64,000 nt of DNA, taken from the NCBI GenBank assembly GCA_963750165.1, contig CAVVPN010000003.1, positions 3,136,001 through 3,200,000 on the forward strand. The letters are read 5' to 3'. The position numbers and the translations under genes are program-made. Below, piece by piece: positions 36,424 to 46,070 of the stretch (the stretch's first letter is position 1; the number at the start of each line of letters is the position of its first letter). This DNA comes from an uncultured Gemmataceae bacterium (GTDB taxonomy: Bacteria > Planctomycetota > Planctomycetia > Gemmatales > Gemmataceae). The notes beneath the pieces are model-generated. The model was not told the DNA's origin, did no database searches, and was given only the letters and a program-made list of their open reading frames with translations.

Positions 36424-37191
36424 GTGTCGGTACTGTCAACCCCCTCTCCGAGTCCGCTCGTTTACCCCGAAAGCGACGGCCTGCCCATGGCGGACAACTC
36501 GCTGCAACTGCAGTGGATCGTCACCCTGTATGACAACCTCGACATCCTGTTCGGCGGGCGCGGCGACGTGTTCGTTGGGGGAGACCTGCTGTGGTACCCC
36601 GTACAGGGCGACCCGGAGATCCGCCTGGCCCCCGACGTGCTCGTGGTCTTCGGCCGGCCACCGGGATACCGCGGCTCCTACAAGCAATGGGAGGAAGGCG
36701 ACGTGCCGCTGACCGTCGTCTTCGAGATCCTCTCGCCGAATAACACAGCCACCGAGATGGACCTGAAGCTATTGTTCTACGAGGACCACGGGGTCGAGGA
36801 ATACTATTTCTACGACCCCATCAAGAATCATTTGCAAGCCTACTGCCGCGAGCGCGACACGCTGCTTCGCATCCGGCCAGCGCACGGCCACGTCAGCCCC
36901 CGCCTGGGCATCCGCTTCGACCTGTCCGGGCCAGAGATGATGGTGTTCCGTCCTGACGGACTTCCCTTCCTGACTGCGAGGCAACTGGACGAACGTCGCC
37001 TCCAGGCCGAGGCCCGCGCCGGCCAGGCCGAGGCCCGCGCCGGCCAGGCCGAGGCCCGCGCCCAACAGGCTGACCAGTTGCTCCGCCAGGTAATGGAACT
37101 CGCGCGGAAGGCCCGCGCGCAGCAGGCCACCCCTGAGGAGTTGGCCGAACTCGAACGGCTAGAGGCCGAGGCCGGACCGGGGACCGTGTAA
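36424..37191 (+). CDS. Uma2 family (PD-(D/E)xK) endonuclease-like protein with coiled-coil tail
   Basis: AGGAG RBS before GTG; 'YPESDGLPMADN', 'APDVLVVFGRP', 'VVFEILSPNN', 'YEDHGVEEYY.YDP'. Confidence 0.92.
   Translation: MSVLSTPSPSPLVYPESDGLPMADNSLQLQWIVTLYDNLDILFGGRGDVFVGGDLLWYPVQGDPEIRLAPDVLVVFGRPPGYRGSYKQWEEGDVPLTVVFEILSPNNTATEMDLKLLFYEDHGVEEYYFYDPIKNHLQAYCRERDTLLRIRPAHGHVSPRLGIRFDLSGPEMMVFRPDGLPFLTARQLDERRLQAEARAGQAEARAGQAEARAQQADQLLRQVMELARKARAQQATPEELAELERLEAEAGPGTV
37003..37065 (+). repeat. 21-nt tandem repeat x3 encoding QAEARAG heptads
   Basis: CAGGCCGAGGCCCGCGCCGGC twice plus a near-identical third copy. Confidence 0.9.
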
Positions 37192-37208
37192 GAACCGGTC
37201 CCCGGTCC
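37174..37208. terminator. Hairpin between convergent Uma2 and GH57 genes
   Basis: GGACCGGGGACCG ... CGGTCCCCGGTCC, 13-bp stem spanning the Uma2 stop. Confidence 0.5.
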
Positions 37209-37221
37209 CGACGACTCGGCG

Positions 37222-38811
37222 TCACACGTACACGCGATAATCAATATCCGGAAACAGGTTGTGCCGCCGCTCAATCTCGCTGAGCCACGGCTCGTCGATC
37301 TCGCCGCGCTTGAGCTGTTCATACAGGTGGTTGAAATTCAGCACATGGACGCGCGTCCGCTCCACCGCGTACTCGACCATGGTGCCCGTCTTCATGATGA
37401 ACGCCCAGTCGCTGGACTGCGCCAGCAAGATTTCGCGTGCCGCCTGGTTGAGCGCCCGCCGTCGCAGAGGGCAACCAGTGTCGCGGTTGGACTGCGCCAG
37501 CTCGACCATGCGGTCGGCGTTCTCGTGCAGGTGGCGGTAGATCCAGTCGTTGGAGCCCTCCAGCCAGACCTCGCAGTAGCCCTTGTAGCCCCAGCTGGAG
37601 AACGACGGCTGCGACACCTGAACGCGGGTGTGGCGGTCCAGGTATTCCGGCACCGTAATCATCTTGACCGTCTGCTGGTCCCAGTGGACCTTGCGGCACA
37701 GGAAATTCACCCAGTCCGGCCCCTCGAACCACCAGTGGCCAAACAACTCGGCATCATACGGCGCCACAATTACCGGCGGCCGGCCGTCCATCGCACCGCT
37801 CAGCCACTCGACCTGCTTCTCGCGGTTGAACATGAAGTTGCCAGCGTGCTCCGCCGCCTTGTCCAGCGCCGCCTTCGGGTCGTAGGGCTGCTTGTGGTCG
37901 GTGCGGCCGGTGATCTTGTAATATTTGATGCCGAGATGGCTGCGGATGCCGTGCTGGTGCAGGTGCGGCTTCAGATACTCGTAATCCAGATCGAAGCCGA
38001 CATCGCGGTAAAAATCGCGGTAGTTGTAGTCGCCGGGGTAGCCCTCAATGGCGCTCCAGACCTGCTTGCTCGACTCGGTGTCGCGGGCCAGCACCGCCAC
38101 GCCGCTCCTGGGGCAGACGATGGGAGCGTAAACGCCGAAGCGCGGCCGCGGCTCGGCGTGCAGTACACCGTGCGTGTCCGTGAAGAAGTAGCGAATGCCG
38201 CTGTCGCGCAGCACCTCATCAACGCCCGGGGAGTAGCCGCACTCCGGCAGCCAGATGCCCTGCGGCCGTTTGCCGAAGTGCCGCTCGAACTCGCGCGCTC
38301 CCAGCTCGACCTGCGCGTGCATCGCCTTGCGGTTGTCGTTCATCAGCGGCAAGAAGCCGTGCGTGGCGCCGCAGGTGATGAGTTCCAGCTTGCCGGCCTG
38401 AAAGAAGCGCTTGAAGCCGTTGAGCAGGTTGTTGCCGTACTGGTTGACGAACACCTCGCGGGCGCGGCAGAAGCGGGCATAGTACATCTGCGCCAGGTGG
38501 TGAAACTCCGGCTGCCAGCGCGTGCGCTCGAGTTCCTTGCCGGCCAGGGCGATGAGGTTGTCGATGTGACGGACGTAGCGGTATTGCAGCAGCGGATCGC
38601 TGAGCATGGCCGCCAGGGTGGGCGTCACCGACATCGTTACGCGCCAGTCGCAGCCGTCGCGCTCCAGGCCGTCGAAGACCTCCAGCAGAGGGATGTAGGT
38701 CTCGGTGATGGCCTCGTAGAGCCAGTCTTCCTCAAGGAAGTCGTCGTACTCCGGATGGCGGACGTACGGCAGATGGGCGTGCAGGACGAGGGTGAGGTAA
38801 CCAAGCGGCAT
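37222..38811 (-). CDS. GH57 1,4-alpha-glucan branching enzyme (DUF1957 C-terminus)
   Basis: 'LVLHAHLPYVRHP', 'EAITETYIPL', 'GIWLPECGY', 'PYDAELFGHWWFEG', 'LLAQSSDWAF'. Confidence 0.95.
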   Translation of the reverse strand: MPLGYLTLVLHAHLPYVRHPEYDDFLEEDWLYEAITETYIPLLEVFDGLERDGCDWRVTMSVTPTLAAMLSDPLLQYRYVRHIDNLIALAGKELERTRWQPEFHHLAQMYYARFCRAREVFVNQYGNNLLNGFKRFFQAGKLELITCGATHGFLPLMNDNRKAMHAQVELGAREFERHFGKRPQGIWLPECGYSPGVDEVLRDSGIRYFFTDTHGVLHAEPRPRFGVYAPIVCPRSGVAVLARDTESSKQVWSAIEGYPGDYNYRDFYRDVGFDLDYEYLKPHLHQHGIRSHLGIKYYKITGRTDHKQPYDPKAALDKAAEHAGNFMFNREKQVEWLSGAMDGRPPVIVAPYDAELFGHWWFEGPDWVNFLCRKVHWDQQTVKMITVPEYLDRHTRVQVSQPSFSSWGYKGYCEVWLEGSNDWIYRHLHENADRMVELAQSNRDTGCPLRRRALNQAAREILLAQSSDWAFIMKTGTMVEYAVERTRVHVLNFNHLYEQLKRGEIDEPWLSEIERRHNLFPDIDYRVYV

Positions 38812-38912
38812 CGGGTGCGGATCCTTTGGGGTCCAGGTGCGGGACAAAGTTGCTTCTCTGGTTTGATACGGGCACGGCCGGGGGCGAGCAAGGTGCAATC
38901 GGAAAGCGGCCG

Positions 38913-40136
38913 TCAACCGGGGGCCGTGAGCCAGCGGCCGCGCCACAGGACGGCGTTCACGGGTTCGGTCCCTTGCAGCACCGACTCCAGCGGATCACCC
39001 TGGCGTTTCCACAGCGGCACCGCCACCAGGTCCGCGGACTTGCCCGGCGTCAGGCTGCCGGTTTCCGCTTCCCAGCCGAGCGCCTCGGCGCCGGAGAGCG
39101 TTGCCATGCGCAGCAGCTGCGCCGGCGGCATCTGCGGATAATGGCGGTGGGCGCAGTGCGCTTCTTCGAGCACATTCAGGTCGGGGTTGGAGGCGAGGCT
39201 GTCGGTGCCCAGGGCGACGCGGACGCCGCACTGCAGCCAGTGCGGGAACGGGTGCGGATCGTGACCGAACGCGGCGTGGGTGCGCGGGCAAAAGACGACG
39301 GTGGTGCCTGGCGAGAACTCCATGCCTTCTGGCAGATAGTTGCAATGCACCAGCAGCCAGCGCCCCGAAAGAAAACTGAGCTGGCCAAACCCAAACTTCT
39401 CCAGTGGCCCGCGTAACACCCCCTCCTCATCCCACACACCCAGTTCCTGCAAAAACGGCACAAACGGCCCGCGGCGATCCTGCACCAGTTCCCGCTCGGC
39501 GCGCGTCTCCGCCAGGTGGGTCGCGGCGATGAAACTGTACCGTGCGGCACGAATGGCAATGTCGGGAAACAGGTGCCAGTGGACGCTGTAGGGGGCGTGT
39601 GGACTCAGTCCGGGACGGCACGTCTCTGTGGACGGGTGCTCGTGGAACCAGCCCATTGCTGTCTCCATCGCTTGTTTTGCACGCGCCAGCGGCAGTCCCA
39701 AAAGTTCCTGAAACACCACCGCCCGCAGCGGCGCTTCCGCCAGCACCGGCCAGCTCATCCCCGCCGCCGTGATGTCGCCCACCAGCGTCGTGCCGTAGCG
39801 CACGCACTCCGCCACGCCGGCGCGCACGTCCTCTAGCACCTGCGCCTCGGAGCGGGTGCGGCGGAAGGCGATGACGCCGCGCAGCCAGTGCGTGAAGTCG
39901 GGCGTCGGCGGACACTGACCGCGCAGTCCGGTGAGGTCGAGGTGCGTGTGTGCGTTGACCAGACCCGGCAGCACCGCCACGTCGCCGAGGTCCACGTCTG
40001 CGGTGCGGCTGCCGTGTGGCCCGACCGCGGCGATACGCTCCCCGTCGATGGTAACGGTGCCGTGCGCCAGCGGTGGGCCGTCGATCGGCAGGATCCAGCG
40101 GGCGGTCAGCGTCCAGGGGCAAGGGTGCGCGGCCAT
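38913..40136 (-). CDS. Metal-dependent amidohydrolase (nucleoside deaminase-like)
   Basis: 'PGLVNAHTHLD', 'SPHAPYSV', 'THLAET', 'LVHCNY', 'LGTDSLASN', 'GSLTPGKSADL'. Confidence 0.9.
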   Translation of the reverse strand: MAAHPCPWTLTARWILPIDGPPLAHGTVTIDGERIAAVGPHGSRTADVDLGDVAVLPGLVNAHTHLDLTGLRGQCPPTPDFTHWLRGVIAFRRTRSEAQVLEDVRAGVAECVRYGTTLVGDITAAGMSWPVLAEAPLRAVVFQELLGLPLARAKQAMETAMGWFHEHPSTETCRPGLSPHAPYSVHWHLFPDIAIRAARYSFIAATHLAETRAERELVQDRRGPFVPFLQELGVWDEEGVLRGPLEKFGFGQLSFLSGRWLLVHCNYLPEGMEFSPGTTVVFCPRTHAAFGHDPHPFPHWLQCGVRVALGTDSLASNPDLNVLEEAHCAHRHYPQMPPAQLLRMATLSGAEALGWEAETGSLTPGKSADLVAVPLWKRQGDPLESVLQGTEPVNAVLWRGRWLTAPG

Positions 40137-40190
40137 GCGGTGATTTCACCACAACCGCACACGGGACACAAGCTGGCGCCTGGGGTCCCC

Positions 40191-40219
40191 TTGACAGCCG
40201 GCCGCGCGCCGCGCATCGT
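40191..40219 (+). promoter_or_regulatory. Putative sigma70 promoter of rfbB-ugd
   Basis: TTGACA-17 nt-CATCGT. Confidence 0.35.
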
Positions 40220-40258
40220 AGGGGCGTACCTTGCCCGGTCCTCTGCGAAGGGAATCCC

Positions 40259-41269
40259 ATGACCACGGTCCTCGTCACCGGCGGCTGCGGTTTCATCGGC
40301 AGCAACTTCATCCGCCATCTGCTGCACACCGACCCCGGCGTGCACGTCCTGAACTTCGATAAGCTGACCTACGCCGGCAATCCCGCCAACCTCAGCGAAC
40401 TGGCAGCCCATCCGCGCTACCAGTTCGTCCACGGCGACATCACCGACCGCCAGCAGGTGCGCGACGCCCTGGCCCGCGGCGTCAAGCACCTGCTGCACTT
40501 CGCCGCGGAGAGTCATGTCGATCGCAGCATCCAGGACTCCGGGCCGTTCGTGACCACCAATGTGCTCGGCACCCAGGTACTGCTCGACGCCGCCCGCGAG
40601 TTCCAGGTTGAACGCTTTGTTCAGGTCAGTACCGATGAGGTGTACGGCAGCCTGGGAGCGACAGGGCTGTTCACGGAGGAGACGCCGCTGGCGGCGAACA
40701 GTCCCTACGCCGCCAGCAAGGCGGCGGCGGACCTGCTGGTGCGCAGTTACGTCCACACCTTCCACCTGCCGGCGCTGATCACGCGCTGCAGCAACAACTA
40801 TGGCCCCTACCAGTTCCCGGAGAAGTTAATCCCGCTGTTCATCACGAACCTGCAGCGCGACGAGCCGGTGCCGGTCTACGGCGACGGCCTCAACGTTCGC
40901 GACTGGATTCACGTGCGCGACCACTGCGCCGCGGTCGATCTCGTTTGGCGGCGCGGCCGGGTCGGCGAGGTCTACAACATCGGCGGCCGCTGCGAGAAGA
41001 CGAACCTGGAATTGACCTATGCTTTGCTGGACGCGATGGGCAAGCCGCGGTCCATGATCTGCTACGTCAAGGACCGCCCCGGCCACGACCGCCGCTACGC
41101 CATCGATTGTGCCAAAATGGAGCGGGAACTGGGCTGGCGGCCGGCGGTCGCCTTCGAGGAGGGCCTGCGGCAAACGGTGGCCTGGTATCTGGAACACGCG
41201 GATTGGGTCGCCAACATCCGCACCGGTGACTATTTGAAATACTATGAGCGGCAGTATCACGGGCGCTGA
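40259..41269 (+). CDS. rfbB: dTDP-glucose 4,6-dehydratase
   Basis: 'VTGGCGFIGSNF', 'DKLTYAGN', 'HFAAESHVDRSI', 'STDEVYG', 'PYAASKA', 'NNYGPYQFPEKLIP', 'DRPGHDRRYA'. Confidence 0.97.
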   Translation: MTTVLVTGGCGFIGSNFIRHLLHTDPGVHVLNFDKLTYAGNPANLSELAAHPRYQFVHGDITDRQQVRDALARGVKHLLHFAAESHVDRSIQDSGPFVTTNVLGTQVLLDAAREFQVERFVQVSTDEVYGSLGATGLFTEETPLAANSPYAASKAAADLLVRSYVHTFHLPALITRCSNNYGPYQFPEKLIPLFITNLQRDEPVPVYGDGLNVRDWIHVRDHCAAVDLVWRRGRVGEVYNIGGRCEKTNLELTYALLDAMGKPRSMICYVKDRPGHDRRYAIDCAKMERELGWRPAVAFEEGLRQTVAWYLEHADWVANIRTGDYLKYYERQYHGR

Positions 41270-41299
41270 CGGCCCGAGCTTCTGAACGGAGAACACCCT

Positions 41300-42613
41300 T
41301 TGAAGATTGCTGTCATCGGCACGGGTTACGTCGGCCTGGTCACGAGCACCTGCCTGGCGGAGAGCGGCAACGACGTCATCGGCATCGACAAGGACGCCGC
41401 CAAAATCGCCCTGCTCGAGGGCGGTCAACTACCGATCTACGAGCCGGGCCTGCTGGAACTGGTGAACCGCAACCGCCGCGAAGGCCGGCTCACGTTCACC
41501 ACCGACCTGGCGGCCGCGGTGGCGCCGGCACAGATCGTTTTCATCGCGGTGGGCACGCCGCAGCGCGACGACGGCGCCGCCGACCTGTCCGCCCTGTGGG
41601 CGGTGGGCGACGCCCTGGCCAAAACCATCAATGGCCCCAACAAAATCGTCATCGTCAAGAGCACCGTGCCGGTCGGCACCAACACCACTCTGCACGAGCG
41701 CCTGGCCGCCCGCTGTCCCCACCCCGTGGACGTGGCCAGCAACCCCGAGTTCCTGAAAGAAGGCGCCGCGGTCGATGACTTCATGAAGCCGGATCGCGTC
41801 GTCGTCGGCGTGCGCCGGCAGGAGGTCGCCGAGACGCTGCACGAGTTGTACTCGCCGTTCCTGCGCACGGAGCGGCCGTTCCTGGTCATGTCGCCCGAGA
41901 GCGCCGAGATGACCAAGTACGTCGCCAACGCCATGCTGGCGACCAAGATCAGCTTCATCAACGAGATGGCCAACCTGTGCGAGCGCGTCGGTGCCGATGT
42001 CAACGACGTGCGCCGCGGCATCGGCCACGACGCCCGCATTGGCTTTCAGTTCCTCTTCCCGGGGGCCGGCTACGGGGGGAGCTGCTTTCCAAAAGACGTT
42101 AGCGCTCTGATTTACCTGGCAAATCAGTTAAAGTCGCCGGTGCGGCTCATGGAGGCGGTCCACCAGGTCAACGAGGCGCAAAAGCACGTCCTGGCGACGA
42201 AGGTGCGTGCCCACTACGGCAGCAGCCTGCGCGACCGCACGCTCGCCATCTGGGGCCTGGCGTTCAAGCCGCGCACCGACGACATCCGCGAGGCGCCTGC
42301 GCTGACGCTCCTTGACGAGTTGCTCAAGGAAGGGGTGCGGCTGCGCGTCCACGACCCGGAGGCGCTGCGCAACGTGCGGGCGCTGTACGGCGACAAGCTG
42401 GAGTACTGCGACCGGCCGTACGGGGCGCTGGAAGGGGCGGACGGGCTGGTGGTCGTGACTGAATGGCAGGAGTTTCGCCGGCCGGATTTCGAGGTGATCC
42501 GCCGGCTGCTGCGCGAGCCGGTCGTCTTTGACGGACGCAATCTGTACGAGCCGAAAACCATGCACGCGCTGGGCTTCACCTATTACGGCATCGGCCGCGT
42601 CCTCAGCGCTTGA
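41300..42613 (+). CDS. ugd: UDP-glucose 6-dehydrogenase
   Basis: 'IGTGYVGL', 'KSTVPVGT', 'SNPEFLKEG', '[10 protein letters not shown]', '[13 protein letters not shown]'; TTG start. Confidence 0.95.
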   Translation: MKIAVIGTGYVGLVTSTCLAESGNDVIGIDKDAAKIALLEGGQLPIYEPGLLELVNRNRREGRLTFTTDLAAAVAPAQIVFIAVGTPQRDDGAADLSALWAVGDALAKTINGPNKIVIVKSTVPVGTNTTLHERLAARCPHPVDVASNPEFLKEGAAVDDFMKPDRVVVGVRRQEVAETLHELYSPFLRTERPFLVMSPESAEMTKYVANAMLATKISFINEMANLCERVGADVNDVRRGIGHDARIGFQFLFPGAGYGGSCFPKDVSALIYLANQLKSPVRLMEAVHQVNEAQKHVLATKVRAHYGSSLRDRTLAIWGLAFKPRTDDIREAPALTLLDELLKEGVRLRVHDPEALRNVRALYGDKLEYCDRPYGALEGADGLVVVTEWQEFRRPDFEVIRRLLREPVVFDGRNLYEPKTMHALGFTYYGIGRVLSA

Positions 42614-43535
42614 CGGCGACGATGCGGATGGTGTCGGACTGGCGGGTCAGGCAGCCGTACCAGCTGGCCAGCCGGCTCAGCGGCCCAGCGCTCAGCAGCC
42701 GCGCCGCGAGGGTGCCGCGACCGCGCTGCCGGGCCTGGCGCGCGGACCGGCGCAGCCAGGTGGTGTGACACACCATTGTCACCGGTCCCGGCTCCAACCC
42801 CGCCCGCTCCAGCATGCGCCGCAGCGTCCACGGGCTGAAGTGCGTCAGGTGCCGCGGCAGATCGAGGCCGAACCAGTTTGGGCCGAACCAGCGGAACGGC
42901 AAACTGTCGATGTTCGGCACCTCCACCACCAACTTGCCGCCCGGCACTAGCAGACGGTAGGCGGCCCGCAGCACCTCCAGCGGCTCGTGGACGTGCTCCA
43001 GCGCGTGCCACATCGTCACCACGTCGTAACTGCGATCCTGGAGTTCGGGGTGCGGCAACGATCCGACCAGGGCCGGCACACCGAGGGCGCTGCGGACCTG
43101 CTCGACCGCCGTGGCGCTGCAATCCACGCCGGTGACGCGCCAGCCGGCCTGGTGCATGCGCGCCAGGAACGAACCGGCGCCGCAGCCGAAGTCCAGCAGT
43201 CGGCCCTGACCGTGCCAGGCAACGCCCTTGACCGCCGCGCGGCGCCGACCCAGGGCGACGGCGCGCGAACCGGGTTTGCGGTGTGGCCGGTAGTCAGCGG
43301 GATAAAAGGCGGCGATGGCACGGGCAGACGGCCGTGGGTTGGTGAAGCACAGGTCGCAGTCCTGGCACTTGACGACCGCGAACCACAGGGCCAGTTCGCC
43401 GCCGCACGGGTCCGGGGCCTCCAGCAGGAGTTTCCAGCGGCGGCCGCAGCACAGCGGACAGACGATCTCTTCCCATTCCACGCGGGGCACCGGTGCGGCC
43501 GCCGCGGGCGCCAGGTCACACGGCAGAAAGCCCAT
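42603..43535 (-). CDS. Class I SAM-dependent methyltransferase with N-terminal Zn-binding motif
   Basis: CPLC..CQDC; 'LLDFGCGAG'; '[12 protein letters not shown]'; '[10 protein letters not shown]'; GAGGA RBS. Confidence 0.9.
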   Translation of the reverse strand: MGFLPCDLAPAAAAPVPRVEWEEIVCPLCCGRRWKLLLEAPDPCGGELALWFAVVKCQDCDLCFTNPRPSARAIAAFYPADYRPHRKPGSRAVALGRRRAAVKGVAWHGQGRLLDFGCGAGSFLARMHQAGWRVTGVDCSATAVEQVRSALGVPALVGSLPHPELQDRSYDVVTMWHALEHVHEPLEVLRAAYRLLVPGGKLVVEVPNIDSLPFRWFGPNWFGLDLPRHLTHFSPWTLRRMLERAGLEPGPVTMVCHTTWLRRSARQARQRGRGTLAARLLSAGPLSRLASWYGCLTRQSDTIRIVAVKR

Positions 43536-43583
43536 GCACGTCCTTCCTCGTCGCTTGGCGGCGCCATCCGTTACGCCCGGTAG

Positions 43584-43612
43584 ACTATACCGGACGGGGC
43601 AAAAGCAATCAA
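43584..43612 (-). promoter_or_regulatory. Putative sigma70 promoter of the methyltransferase
   Basis: Minus strand TTGATT-17 nt-TATAGT. Confidence 0.55.
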
Positions 43613-43767
43613 CCCGGGAGTGCGGGCTCGCCCCACCGCGGAGAGCGGCACTTCTTCGGAAAGATCGGCAGCGGGGGAGGAAATCTTGAGCGTTCCCGGA
43701 CCCCACGAACCCCGCTCGGCGCAGGATGGTCTGGGAAGGCTGGCGGCAACGTGATCCGGGAGCACGG

Positions 43768-44835
43768 TCACACATCCATCTCTCCTGGGAAGACGGGCGG
43801 CGGCGGGGGCGGCACGAGAGCAGCCGCGCTCGCCAGGGGAAAGCGAGGCCACAGGCCGGCCACCACCACCGACGCCACCAGGCCCAGCAGGACGCCCTCC
43901 AACCGCTGCACGGCAGGGGTGACGCTGCCGAAGTCGGCCGGGGGTGCCACCACCACCATTGGCAGCACCAGCCCCATCTGCAGGCCCGCGTAGGAATACT
44001 TCCCGGCCGTCCGGGTCAGGTAGGTCGCCACGAACTGGCCGAGGAACAGCAGACTGGCGAGCAACAGGAAGTGCGGCTGCAGACCCACCATCAGGAAGGT
44101 GCCCAGGCTCCAGGCCACGGCCAGTAACAAACCGACAATGCGCAGTTCTCCCTTCAGGATCATCGCCTGCAGGTGCGAGGTGGACGCCAACAGCATGACC
44201 GAGATCGCGGCCTTATCGGGCGGCAGGCCAAGCGCGTGGGCCCCCAGCAGCGTCAGGAGCACCGTGACGGCGAGCATCAGGCTCTGGTTCAGCCAGTCGC
44301 CGCGCACCGGCCAGAGGGGGGCGTCGCCGAACTGGATGCTGAGGTCGCGTTCGACGCCGGCCAGCCAGGTCACCACGGCCGCGACCACCACGCCGAGCGC
44401 GACGGCGGTGAACAGCTCCCAGGCAACCGAGACGGCTGCGGCGGGGTTGGCGTGGCCGATCTGGAACATGGCGACGACGTACAGCCCGGCGTTCAGAAAC
44501 GTGTAGGCCAGCCGACCGGCGAAATAGAGGTAGAAGAAGACGATCAGCAGGACGGCAATCAGGCCCAGGGCGAGCAAGGCGGTGTCGTTGAACCAGGTCA
44601 CCAGGATCAGGCCCGCCAGGATGCCCAGCCCCCGGCCCACCACCCGCTCCAGCCCTTTTTGAAAGCGGGTGAAGGTATACTGGGCCGTCACCATGAAAAC
44701 CGTCCACACGGCCAAATTGCCGTGCGCCAGGCCGAACCACGCGACCAGCGTCAGGCACACCACCGAGGCGACGGCCGTCAACAGGGCCGGGCCCGTGGCG
44801 CCTCTCGTGTCCACAGCTGACGACATCGGCGTCAC
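43768..44835 (-). CDS. FUSC/aromatic acid exporter-like inner membrane protein
   Basis: Multi-TM; duplicated motifs 'KGLERVVG' and 'KGELRIVG'; last gene of the TolC-HlyD operon. Start may be ATG 44826. Confidence 0.8.
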   Translation of the reverse strand: MTPMSSAVDTRGATGPALLTAVASVVCLTLVAWFGLAHGNLAVWTVFMVTAQYTFTRFQKGLERVVGRGLGILAGLILVTWFNDTALLALGLIAVLLIVFFYLYFAGRLAYTFLNAGLYVVAMFQIGHANPAAAVSVAWELFTAVALGVVVAAVVTWLAGVERDLSIQFGDAPLWPVRGDWLNQSLMLAVTVLLTLLGAHALGLPPDKAAISVMLLASTSHLQAMILKGELRIVGLLLAVAWSLGTFLMVGLQPHFLLLASLLFLGQFVATYLTRTAGKYSYAGLQMGLVLPMVVVAPPADFGSVTPAVQRLEGVLLGLVASVVVAGLWPRFPLASAAALVPPPPPPVFPGEMDV

Positions 44836-44838
44836 TCC

Positions 44839-44893
44839 CAGAAGTCAGAAGTCAGAAGTCAGAGAATCATTGCTTCTGACTTCTGACTTCTGA
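44839..44893. repeat. Inverted heptamer tandem repeats (CAGAAGT)x3 / (CTTCTGA)x3
   Basis: Directly visible; can form a stem-loop between HlyD and FUSC genes. Confidence 0.85.
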
Positions 44894-44899
44894 TCCGCG

Positions 44900-46050
44900 T
44901 CAGAGGTAATACAACCAGGCGATGACCTGATGCCAGCCCTCGGTGACGTCGTTGAGCCACCCTTCGGGCTCGGTGTAGACGACGACGCTCCCGGTCATGC
45001 CGACCCGCAGCGGCACGGACTCGGGGTCGTCAAGGGTCAGTCGCACCTGGAAGCGCTGGGCCGGCGGCACCCAGCTCGACGGAACCTTCACATCGGGCAG
45101 CTGACCGGAAGGCACGCCCTGTCCCTGGCTCACCCCCCAGCCGACGGACATCACCTCGGCATCGAAGAGACGGCCGGGCACGCCGCGAAAGGCAATGCGC
45201 GCCGGCTGTCCCTCGCGCACCCCGACCAGCGCGTTCTCGCGGAAGTTGGCCACGATCAACCAGCGACCGGTGTCGATCAACGTCAAGACAGCCTGGCCGG
45301 TGTGGGCGTAGGCACCCTCGCGCAACTGCAGATCGGTAATGAGTCCGTCGCACGGCGCGTACACGCGCGTCCATTCCAGGTTGAGCCGGGCCTCGGCGAG
45401 CTGCGCCTCGACCTCCGCGACCAGCGCATGTTCCTCGTCGATCTGCGCCGCCAGCGCCTCCTCGGCCTTGCGGACCTGCGCCGGGAGCGCTTCAGGGCCG
45501 CCTGCGCTGCCTTGAATTTCTGGAGCGCATCCAGGTATTTCCGGTCGGTGGTGGCCTCCTGCTTGAAGATCTCCTTCTCCTGCAGGTGGACCGCCCGGGC
45601 GTAATCCTCCTCGGCGACCAGCCGCGTATCCTCGGCCTCGGCGGCCACCAGGTCGGCTTCCAACTGGGCAACCTGCTGGACGGCCAGGACCCGTTTCGCG
45701 AGCAGCAGTTCCACCCGGTGCTTGAAGGACCGCCGATCGATCTCGAAAAGCAGATCGCCCTTCTTCACGGTCTGGTTCTCCCGGACGTGGACGCGAACCA
45801 CCTGGCCCTCGACCCGGGGCGCCACCTGAACGACGTAAGCCTGGACGTAGGCCTCCGTGGTAAGGGGGGTGTAGCGATCCGACAGCACGTAATAGGCGAT
45901 CAGGACCGCGATCAACAGCAGGAGGAACAGGATCAGGGACCGTACAGACAGCAACAGCTTCCACCCGATTCTCAGGGGGGAAAGCAATACTGCCAGCAAG
46001 AACCTCCCGAGTCGGCCCAGGAACGAGCGGAAATGGTGCAGTGCCATCAT
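44900..46050 (-). CDS. HlyD/AaeA-family membrane fusion protein (about 383 aa; frameshift at ~45481)
   Basis: 'TPLTTEAYVQAYVVQVAPRVEGQV..VKKGDLLFEID', then in the shifted frame 'ARLNLEWTRVYAPCDGLITDLQL..ANFRENAL..AQRFQVR'. Confidence 0.9.
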
Positions 46051-46070
46051 GTTGGAAACCTCGCCTCAGG

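Noticed and set aside
37003..37065. Uma2 21-nt repeats as a novel element
   Set aside because: Heptad coiled-coil tails of this kind are common in Uma2-family proteins.
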